64,000 nt of DNA. It comes from a virus. Positions 55,570 to 64,000 of the stretch are shown here, piece after piece; within the stretch, counting starts at the first letter, position 1; every line of letters starts with the position of its first letter. The stretch lies in the IMG/VR virus record IMGVR_UViG_3300044691_000355, positions 68,773 to 132,772 of that record; one strand, written 5' to 3'. The translations under genes and the position numbers were made by a program. The notes beneath the pieces are model-generated. The model was not told the origin of the DNA, made no database searches, and saw nothing but the letters and a program-made list of their open reading frames with translations.

Positions 55570-56255
55570 ACGCTGTCGTGATAGATACAGAAACGACCGG
55601 CGTCGGCGACGAGGATCAGATCCTTGAGGCGGCATGGACAGAAACAATGCCCGCGCCACGCGCGCTCGACGACTTCTCGCCGGTACAGGTCACATCGAAG
55701 CGCTACGGGGTAACGCGGCCGATAGGGCTCGGCGCAATGGCCACTCACCACATTATTGAGACCGACGTTGATGGTTTGGCGCAGTTCCCCGGCTTCCATC
55801 CGGTCGATGACATCGAGTACATCGTTGCGCATAACGTCGATTTTGATTGGCGGATGATGGGCTCCCCGAAGGTGCGCCGCATCTGCACGCTCGCCCTTGC
55901 CCGCTCGCTGTGGCCCGACATCGACTCTCACTCACTCGGCGCGATGGTCTATCACTTATCCCGCGACAAAGCCCGCGCCCGCGAAATCGTCAAAGGCGCG
56001 CATTCCGCCGAGGCTGACGTGCGGATGATTGTCGATGTCTTGCTGCCGGAAATCCAGATCAAGTTATTGCCGCGCGCCGAGACCTGGGCGCAGTTGTGGG
56101 AGATTTCGGAGGCGGCGCGAATCCCGACGGTAATGACATTTGGCAAACACAAGGGCACGCCAATGGGAAATGTGCCCGCCGATTACAAGCGCTGGCTCCT
56201 GAATCAGCCGGACGTCGATCCGTATTTGGCGATTGCGTTGAGGGCGCGGTCGTGA
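55566..56255 (+). CDS. exoX: Exonuclease X-like DEDDh 3'-5' exonuclease
   Basis: DTETTG, AHNVDFD, AHSAEAD, MTFGKHKG. Confidence 0.88.
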   Translation: MNAVVIDTETTGVGDEDQILEAAWTETMPAPRALDDFSPVQVTSKRYGVTRPIGLGAMATHHIIETDVDGLAQFPGFHPVDDIEYIVAHNVDFDWRMMGSPKVRRICTLALARSLWPDIDSHSLGAMVYHLSRDKARAREIVKGAHSAEADVRMIVDVLLPEIQIKLLPRAETWAQLWEISEAARIPTVMTFGKHKGTPMGNVPADYKRWLLNQPDVDPYLAIALRARS

Positions 56256-58296
56256 TCGTCACGGAAGCCGAGGCGAAAAACCTGTGGTGCCCAATGGCGC
56301 GCATCGCCCCTGTCTATCTAAATAATAAAGAACCGGCTCCCAACATCCCCGCCGCCAATCGCTTCGGTGACGAGTTCGCTAAATGCATCGCGTCTGAGTG
56401 CATGTTTTGGAAGTTCGTCCACCACCCAGACGGGGGCAACGCCGAAGCATACGGCACCTGCGGTTTCGCCAACGAAGTGCTGCCGGTGGTCCTGTGAGCC
56501 GCGAGGATCTTGTCGTCGACATCGTGCTAGACCGCCTAGACGATCTGTTCGACAGGCGCCGCAGAAAGCCGCACTCGATATCGCGGGCGATCATGAAAGA
56601 CGCGGTGCTGCGCGCGGCCATCACGATCGCGGAAAGCGTCAAAGACGGTGAGAAAAATAAGGTGAACGGGTGAACGCGCGCGCAGACTTCGATGGGCCCG
56701 ACTACTCGCGCACGCTCGACCATGCGCGACTCACCGGCCAACTATCGCGCGTGTTCACGCTGATGGTTGATCGTCAGTGGCGCACGCTGGATGAAATTGC
56801 GCGGGCGACTGGTGCCCCGGCCGCGAGCGTCAGCGCGCAGTTACGGAATTTACGCAAACAACGCTTTGGTGGCCACGCTGTTGAGCGCCGCGCGCGCGGG
56901 AATCGCGAGCATGGTTTGCACGAGTACCGACTGATCGTGCGCGTCGTTGAGCCCACTGAGCAAATGGCACTTATATGAGCTATGTGTACAGGCAAACCGA
57001 GCAGAAACTATGGACCGTGGGTTACTACGACCCCAAAGATAAATGGCATTCGGAAAGCGATCACGCATCGTCCGACGCGGCGGCTGATCGCACCGCGTGG
57101 CTCAACGGCTCGACGGTTCAAAAACTTGGTGTGTCGGCTGATGCAAAGGAAGCTAAGTGATGAACATCAAGCAATCTGATGGATACAAAACACTGCTGGC
57201 CGCGGTGGAGCGTGACGAGCAGAAACACCCGCGCTTCCACGACTACCGCGCAAAGCTCGCGTGGACCGTTGCCCGCGCGCAGCACTACGCGGATAAGACT
57301 GGCATCCCGGCTTCTGAAATTCTTGATGCGTGGGAGAAGTCACGCAATTACTGGTATATGAATTTCTACCAGGAGAGTTGCCAGCCCGAAATCAAGGAAG
57401 GAAACGTTCGTGTTTTCGATACTGTCGGGGCAATGCTGGAATCTGTCGGTAAGGCAGGATTCCGCTGCCCGATGTGCGGCGCGGTATCGAAATCGCCCTA
57501 TGAATGCTCGGTCGCGCCGTGCGACTGGAAGGTGTACGGGCTGTTCCGCGCACTTGGAAAAGGCGTTTACGTGTTTGTCAAAGAGAAGATAAAGGGCGAA
57601 CTTATGTTCATGCCAATTGCATGGGAAAGCTCCACTTTGCAACAGGAAATAGCCCAATGAATGATTGGGTAATTTACGTTCACGGCTATGGCGCCTTCAT
57701 GTTCGAGGGAGACGAGACAGAAGCCGAAAAGATGCGCGCTCACAAAGCGAACTGGGAAGGCGGCATCGGCAAGAAACGCCTTGCAACCGACGAGGAACAT
57801 CGTAGCCGTAAGCCGTCCGAGTGCATCAACCATCCTGGTTTCAAGAATCGAGGCGTGTACGCGGATTGCGGCTGTGGTGCGTGCTCGGCACAGCAAAAGG
57901 AAATAGTCAAATGAAATACGTCCGATGGGCTGTGACGATCGCGCTACTAGTCGTCGTGTGGTTCCACGCGCATTGGTCAGTGGCTTTATCGCTGACATTG
58001 ATGGCGATTGCCGTCGAGCTGCTGATACTTGTAATCCGCAAAGCGGGAAGGCTTGACACGCGATGATGCTCGATCAAGAAACGCTAGTTTGGTACAGCGC
58101 CGATGCGCCGCCGGACGATGACACGACGGTGATGATCAACATGCCGAAATCAGACGAGCCGGTCTGGCTAGGCTGGCACGAGGGAATACAGTGCTGGCAT
58201 ACGATCGAGGGCGCAGAGCTGGCGCGCGGCACAGTCACAGCTTGGGCTGCAATGCCTACCGGCGCGGTTCGCGCGGAGGACGCTCAGCATGGATAG
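56252..58296 (+). other. Run of small coupled hypothetical genes (56252, 56494, 56670 wHTH, 56975, 57157, 57657, 57911, 58063)
   Basis: Successive overlaps; 56670..56978 has HTH WRTLDEIA..SVSAQLRNLRK. Confidence 0.65.
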
Positions 58297-58864
58297 GCCC
58301 ATCCTTTTTTCCACGCCCATGGTCAATGCTCTGTTGGCAGGCGCCAAGACACAGACCAGGCGCGTTGCAAAATTGAATGCCAGCGGCCGCGTCGAGAAAG
58401 GCGGTAGAAATTGGCACGTCGAAGATGCGTCTGCAGTCATCGCATGCCCGCATGGTCACTGTGGCGATACCTTATGGGTGCGAGAGGCCTTCCGTATCGA
58501 GCAGCGTGGCAATAGGCAGACCGGCGAGAAGTTCGACGTGTTGGTTTACCGCGCCGATTCGCGGATGCGCCCTGAGTTCGACCCGCTCCGCTACAAGCCC
58601 TCGATCCACATGCCGCGCGCCGCCTCGCGTCTCACGCTGCGCATCACCGACGTGCGCATCGAGCGCCTGCAGGAGATCAGCGCTGACGACGCCGAGGCGG
58701 AGGGCTGGCCGGGCCCCGATGAGGCGAACACGATTCGCAGCGCCTATCCCATCGCGTGGTATTCGCATCTGTGGGACCGGATCAACGGCAAGCGGCATCC
58801 GTGGGAATCGAATCCATGGGTTTGGGTTGTCGGCTTCGCGCTGCAAAAGGAAACGCCAAAATGA
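58289..58864 (+). CDS. ASCH-like phage protein
   Basis: RPILFS, KTQTRR, LWVRE, PSIHMPR, NPWVWV. Confidence 0.8.
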   Translation: MDRPILFSTPMVNALLAGAKTQTRRVAKLNASGRVEKGGRNWHVEDASAVIACPHGHCGDTLWVREAFRIEQRGNRQTGEKFDVLVYRADSRMRPEFDPLRYKPSIHMPRAASRLTLRITDVRIERLQEISADDAEAEGWPGPDEANTIRSAYPIAWYSHLWDRINGKRHPWESNPWVWVVGFALQKETPK

Positions 58865-58952
58865 TCTGGCTCTGCCGGGTATTCGGCCACAAATATTCGT
58901 ATTACTGGATCTGTACACGCTGCGGACATTGGCCTGGCAAGGATTGCTGCAA

Positions 58953-59333
58953 ATGAGCGACAGCAAGCGCGTGATTGCCACGACGGAAGGCGCGCAAGCG
59001 CTGATGGCTCGCCTTCAGCAGCTCGGTATAGCGGCTAAGATCACCGTCAACGCTGACGGCCGCTTCGACGTTGCGCCCGCTGACGGTAAGCACACCTGTC
59101 ACTGGCCGGGCTGCGACAAGCCCGTACCGCCCGCCATGTGGGGCTGCAAGGGCCATTGGTTCACGCTGCCCAAGACGCTGCGGGATCGAATCTGGTCAAC
59201 GTACCGACGTGGGCAGGAAATAACCAAGTCGCCGAGTCCTGAATACATCGCCGTGGCGTTGGAGGTCCAAGAATGGATCAGCCAGTTTCAGCAGAACATG
59301 CGGCACGCGGGATCAAAGGCGGGAAAGCCTTGA
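58953..59333 (+). CDS. Zn-binding phage protein
   Basis: HTCHWPGC..MWGCKGHW; true start ATG 58953. Confidence 0.7.
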   Translation: MSDSKRVIATTEGAQALMARLQQLGIAAKITVNADGRFDVAPADGKHTCHWPGCDKPVPPAMWGCKGHWFTLPKTLRDRIWSTYRRGQEITKSPSPEYIAVALEVQEWISQFQQNMRHAGSKAGKP

Positions 59334-59905
59334 TGTGGAATGAGCGCACCATAGGCAAGGCGTTGCAGCACCAGGTCTTTAACCGCGCCGTGTGCGTCGT
59401 CGACAATTGCATCTGGACCGGCTTCGAGGCCGATTTGTTGATTGTCGAACCGAAGCTGCGCATCATCGATGTTGAGATAAAGATCAGTCGCGCCGACCTG
59501 AAGGCCGATTTCCACAAAGACAAATGGCTTGATTTTGGTAATCACCAATTCGGTAGGACGCGCGAACTACTACCCCGCAAGTTGTGGCCTCGCCAGGTAT
59601 GGAAGCACTACTACGCGGTCCCTCAAGAAGTCTGGAATGACAATCTGCTGCCATTTTTAGGCAGTCCCAATTCCGGCGTGCTGCTGTTGCGCGAGAAGGA
59701 TGGCGTTGTCCGTATACGCTGCCATAAGCGCACCAAGCCAAACAGGGACGCCAAGAAGATAACACCGGAACAGGTATTGGACGTTGCGCGGCTGGCATCG
59801 CTGCGACTTTGGAACTCCTATGACGCAGTGCGTCGTGCTCACGAAGATAACCTGAAAACACGCGAAATGTATGAATGCTCCGCACTGCAAAGAGACCCGA
59901 AATGA
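59333..59905 (+). CDS. PD-(D/E)xK nuclease-like (MmcB-like) protein
   Basis: EADLL..DVEIKISRADLKAD..K, YYAVP. Confidence 0.75.
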   Translation: MWNERTIGKALQHQVFNRAVCVVDNCIWTGFEADLLIVEPKLRIIDVEIKISRADLKADFHKDKWLDFGNHQFGRTRELLPRKLWPRQVWKHYYAVPQEVWNDNLLPFLGSPNSGVLLLREKDGVVRIRCHKRTKPNRDAKKITPEQVLDVARLASLRLWNSYDAVRRAHEDNLKTREMYECSALQRDPK

Positions 59906-60404
59906 TGGACGGCGCGGATGACAATCGCCTGCCTCACGATGACGTCGAACTGGACGACGATGCCGCGCTATCGGCAGCAGCCAAGATCATTGAGCGCAAG
60001 GATGACACCATCCGCTCGCTGTGCCGCGAACTGAATATTGCCGAGGCACGTATTCGCATTCTAGAACTGCGACAGCAAGCGGCGTTGCGCAACGTTTTTG
60101 ATCTGAGCGATGACGCAGTGTCCATGTTCCATCGTCGGCAGGCAGATTGAATTATGAAACCTTGGCTCATCGTCGCCTCACCGTTAATTTTGGGCGCCGC
60201 CATCATCGCCGCCCTCAATGTGTGTAAGTGGCTGGATAAGCACTGGGAGCGCAAAGCATCATGAAAATCTTTCTGTTCATTGTGGGCGGCATCCTCGCGA
60301 TCGACGTAGCGTTTGTCTGGTTGCGATGTTCCGGGCACTCGTCGAAGCCAGCGCCGGTCTTTAAGCGAACGCGCCGGTTTTATCAAAGCTAAGGGTGTGA
60401 ATAG

Positions 60405-60644
60405 ATGAAGCGTAAGGATCGAACGCCACTAAAGCTGCCAGACATTTCCGAATGTCCGTTTTGCGGTAGCGATAAATTAACCGTGCAACAGACGTCCACA
60501 GAAGATCGCGGCGACGGTTACGTGATCGACTGTAATCACTGTGGCGCAAGCGGGCCGCAAAAAGCTGGCATGGCGAATGCGTGCCTTGCGTGGAACGCAA
60601 GATCGCAAGCTGGGAGTATCAAAGTGAGGAGCGCCAAGCCGTGA
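60405..60644 (+). CDS. lar: Lar-family restriction alleviation protein
   Basis: CPFCG, CNHCGASGP, AWNAR. Confidence 0.75.
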   Translation: MKRKDRTPLKLPDISECPFCGSDKLTVQQTSTEDRGDGYVIDCNHCGASGPQKAGMANACLAWNARSQAGSIKVRSAKP

Positions 60645-62099
60645 GTAATTATCCACACAGCGTCACCGAAGCAATCGAAATACTGCGACTGATCGAGCAA
60701 GCAGTCGTCGAGGACAGCCTCGCGAAAAACAACATCGTTCGGACGGAGATGAGCAGCTTTGTTGAGGCGCAGCGTTATCGAGTGGCGAATGCAGTGCGTA
60801 TCTTTTGCGCCGGGATGCTTCAAAAATCATGAGCCGCATGATTCCAGCCATGACCGATCAGATGGGCCGCTATTGGAATCAGCCTGACCCTGCCGCGATC
60901 CTGATCGACGACACGCACGCTCTGATGGCTGCGGCGACGTTCAATCAGCTCGCCGAGTACTCTGGCAGTCTTCCGACAGGCGTATATGCGGGGAAGATGT
61001 GGCGCAGGCACGATGGGATTTTCGACAGGAACGCTAAGCGCCGCCGCTGGCTGCTGTGCTGGTTTGGCGAAGTGAATGATGGGAAATGTGAGATTGAGTT
61101 TCGTGAGGTGCTGCTCGCCGATTCATCGAGCGATACGCAATGATCCCCGTTCAATTCCCCGAAGCCAACGGCGTTCTCGCACGCAATCAAAGCGACTACG
61201 AACCAATGGCGATCTATGCATTCCACGACGAGCAAGGGCGCGTGGTGTGTTGCTTCAGGCTGTCGGATGCGGAGATCGAGGAAATCGTTCGCACGCGCAC
61301 GGTGTGGCTGCAGCAGTTGACCTTCGGCGAGCGCTTTCAGCCGATCGGGCTCTCGACGCAGCGGCCGGATGATCTGCCTCAGTCTGCGGGAGAGAAAAAG
61401 GAACCCATCTCTCGGCAACAGCGCGCAGCGAACTACCAAACCCACAAGCCGCGCTATTCGGATTCGTCGTTATACGATGAAGTTTGCACGGTGTGCGGCG
61501 CCAGGGACTATTCGAGCGGCCCTGACGAGCTATCTGACCGGCCATGCACCACTGCTCAGTCAGCAAAACCACAATGAACGCCGAACTGACCATCTTCCTG
61601 CTGCACTTTCGCCGACAACTGGTCGAGTATCGAGTAAGTTCGGCGATCGATACGGCAACGCCTGGCGAAGTCATCGACGTCGTGGTGCGCAGTTTGGATC
61701 AGGCGCTCAAGGCTACGAGGGGGCAATAGTGAACCGAACCTGCTCTACCTGCCGACACTTCGCAGAGACCGCCGTAAAACCCGTGCCGGCGAGTCGCGGC
61801 GAGTGTCGGCGCTATCCCCAACCCGTCGGACCGATCAGCCGCGCGCACTGGTGCGGGGAATGGTTTCTCAAGGGCAAATCATGAACAACGAAGCCGCAGC
61901 CATGCAACGCGTAACCGTCAAAGATCACTGGGTGCAAGTGACCGGCGAGGAAGCCGTAGCACTTCGCAGCACGATAGGAAAATGGCGCGATAATTTACCG
62001 ACCACGGTTCTGCGAGACGGCGTGCTGTATGCGCTGGTGGATGAGGCGCTGAAGGTTTGGCGCGCAGAGCGTGTTTCAAGCGGGAAAACCAGGTGTTAA
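60641..62099 (+). other. Run of small coupled hypothetical genes (60641, 60829, 61140, 61574, 61729, 61881)
   Basis: Successive overlaps on + strand. Confidence 0.6.
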
Positions 62100-62119
62100 A
62101 AGTGAACCAGACTGTGAGC

Positions 62120-62647
62120 ATGGAAATCGGGAAGTACTACGAAGTTACGGCCGTCAATGTAATCGATTGGCATGGCTTCAAGGGTTGGCTGCCGATCATT
62201 GGGCCGAAGCATGAAGACGCGGAAATAGTCGGCTTCCCGTGGGAGCACTATCACATTGATTGGCGCTTTGCGCCCAAAAGCGTGTTCAAGGATCTGTGCG
62301 GGCGTAGAGCGGGGCCAGGTTACGTCTACGCATATCCCATTCAGACGCCAGACGGTAGCGGCAATCCGTCGCTTGTCGGTGGCCCAGAGACTCGCCGCAT
62401 GCTTTGTAAACGCGGGCTACCTCAGTTTCCGATTACGGAAAGGCATGGGAGCGGCGCATGGGTCCATAAGCTTCGCGAGGCATTCTGCGGGACGTCGATG
62501 GTCAAAGGCGTTTGCCCTCACCGCGGTATACCGGCGTCCGCAATGATCCGCGAAGGCGACGTGCTGACGTGCCCAGGACATGGACTGCGTTTCAACGCGA
62601 CCACCGGCGAAGCACTCTCACCACAATCTGCAGGGAAAACAGGCTGA
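62120..62647 (+). CDS. Protein with C-terminal Rieske-type [2Fe-2S] motif
   Basis: CPH-x16-CPGH followed by GLRFN..TG; start uncertain. Confidence 0.75.
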   Translation: MEIGKYYEVTAVNVIDWHGFKGWLPIIGPKHEDAEIVGFPWEHYHIDWRFAPKSVFKDLCGRRAGPGYVYAYPIQTPDGSGNPSLVGGPETRRMLCKRGLPQFPITERHGSGAWVHKLREAFCGTSMVKGVCPHRGIPASAMIREGDVLTCPGHGLRFNATTGEALSPQSAGKTG

Positions 62648-62835
62648 TGCCGCCAATCAAGCTATTCGAGTTCGATGGCCGAAGCATGACTCTGCGCCAG
62701 TGGGCCAACGAAACTGGGCTGCGTTATTCGTGCGTGCAGTCTCGATTCAAACAGGGCACGCCTCTAGATAAACCAAGGTCCAAGCGCGGCCGGCCGCTAG
62801 GCTCTACGAATGCAAAGTCAGTGGATGCAAAATGA
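62647..62835 (+). CDS. Small HTH protein
   Basis: MTLRQWANETGLRYSCVQSR. Confidence 0.6.
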   Translation: MPPIKLFEFDGRSMTLRQWANETGLRYSCVQSRFKQGTPLDKPRSKRGRPLGSTNAKSVDAK

Positions 62836-63256
62836 ACCGCTCTGGTGGCTCACGAAGGACGGGGACAAGGATTGTCTCGCCATGTACAACCGGCATTACA
62901 GCGCCTATCGGTACGTGGATGGTCGAAAGCGTACCCAATTCGTCGGGCCTGGAGAAAAGGTTGTTCTCAGGACTGAGAAAGCGGATGCGGTCTGGGTCTG
63001 GCGTAAGTTCTACGATGACAGCGGGCAGCAAGGCGTCAACTGCGCCGTCTTTAGGAGCGAGTCATCGCATCGCAGCTCGCACCTCATACGCCAAGCGGAT
63101 CAAATCGCTGATTGCCTCTGGCCTGGTAGCCGGCATTACACCTACGTCAACGCGGAAAGGATCGCCTCAAAGAACCCTGGATATTGTTTTTTCCGGGCTG
63201 GCTGGCACAAATGCGGCCGAACCAAAAGCGGATTGATCATCATGGAGCGCTCGTGA
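62825..63256 (+). CDS. Mom-like GNAT-fold DNA modification protein (putative)
   Basis: RHYS, CAVFR.E, YTYV, NPGYCF.RAGW..CG. Confidence 0.55.
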   Translation: MQNEPLWWLTKDGDKDCLAMYNRHYSAYRYVDGRKRTQFVGPGEKVVLRTEKADAVWVWRKFYDDSGQQGVNCAVFRSESSHRSSHLIRQADQIADCLWPGSRHYTYVNAERIASKNPGYCFFRAGWHKCGRTKSGLIIMERS

Positions 63257-63689
63257 CTGACGAAACTGGTTGGTTGATTGAAATGGCCGAAGGACCGCCA
63301 GCCTACTGGGCTGCGGTTCCCGATCCTCGCGCCATCGGGGGCTTTGACCCTGACGTGAATAAAGCGACTCGGTTCTCCCGCAAGAAAGACGCCGAGGACA
63401 TGGCGCTGTTTCTCCATGTGAAGGGTGCGCAAGCGTTCGTCGAGATTCACCGCGTTAGGATCACCGAGCATATGTGGACCGATGCATCACAGTCGCAAAG
63501 ACCAGGTGTCACATGACCTACGTCCTTATCGTTTGGCTGATCTACAGCGTTGGCAACGCGCCGCCGGTTGTGGTCGGTCTCTACGACTCGCAGAAAGCTT
63601 GCGAGACTGCGGGTGATCGGTGGGAGCAGGTACAGCATGGCGACGGGCAGCACCACGCGTGCCTGCCGCAAAGAGAGGTATCCAAGTGA
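63253..63689 (+). other. Two small hypothetical genes (63253..63516, 63513..63689); a further ORF runs off the window end
   Basis: GTGA/ATGA coupling. Confidence 0.55.
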
Positions 63690-64000
63690 GCGCCAAGGAA
63701 TACGAGAACGTCTGGCGAGGTAGCCGACCTTCATTGGAAGATGCTAACGGCGCAATGGCTCCGTGGAGTACGGACGAACGCGCCAGCCATTATGTCGATT
63801 CTGCCGCATACGACGCCCTCGCCGCTCGCTTCTCGGCTGAAGAGGAAGCCCATGCGCAGCTTCAAAGTCGATGCTTCGACCAGGGCAGCCAGTCGGTGTT
63901 TGATCGCGTCAAGGAGCTGGAGGAGGCGCTGCGCTGGTCGCTTCGCCGGACGCTACCGAAAGACAATGCCGAGGAAGCGCTATTCCAGCAGTACCGCGAA

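Larger units (their letters stand above)
1..64000. mobile_element. Temperate siphovirus-like phage genome segment (integration, lysis, tail, head, packaging, replication, immunity, recombination modules)
   Basis: Canonical lambdoid gene order; terminase, portal, capsid, tape measure, endolysin/spanins, cI/cro and RecT recognisable; no housekeeping genes seen. Confidence 0.95.

Noticed and set aside
58377-58952. N-terminal extension of the 318-aa ORF
   Set aside because: Overlaps the ASCH-like gene in another frame; coding character starts at ATG 58953

Overview
The whole window is one temperate, long-tailed (siphovirus-like) phage genome segment with no recognisable host genes. The tRNA-Val(GAC) att core and two-component spanins suggest a Gram-negative, probably proteobacterial host. 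Layout: (1) + strand accessory and integration genes (1-10025) containing two complete tyrosine-integrase modules, each followed by its own tRNA-3'-half att core (Val-GAC at 1258-1302, Ala-CGC at 7741-7788); (2) - strand lysis, tail, head, packaging, Q-like and replication genes (10006-49649); (3) a cro/cI switch with palindromic operators; (4) a + strand early operon (50225-64000) with YqaJ/RecT, ExoX-, Lar-, Rieske- and Mom-like genes. The most unusual signals are three. First, a 321-aa intein in the MuF-like head protein whose endonuclease appears to be encoded on the opposite strand as a fully overlapping gene, with a candidate promoter spanning the intein/extein junction. Second, two virion proteins carry the same Ig-like domain lacking its last beta-strand, while a carbohydrate-binding protein begins with that strand, suggesting donor-strand docking. 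Third, the dual integrase/attP architecture. All family assignments are by eye from motifs; no database search was run.
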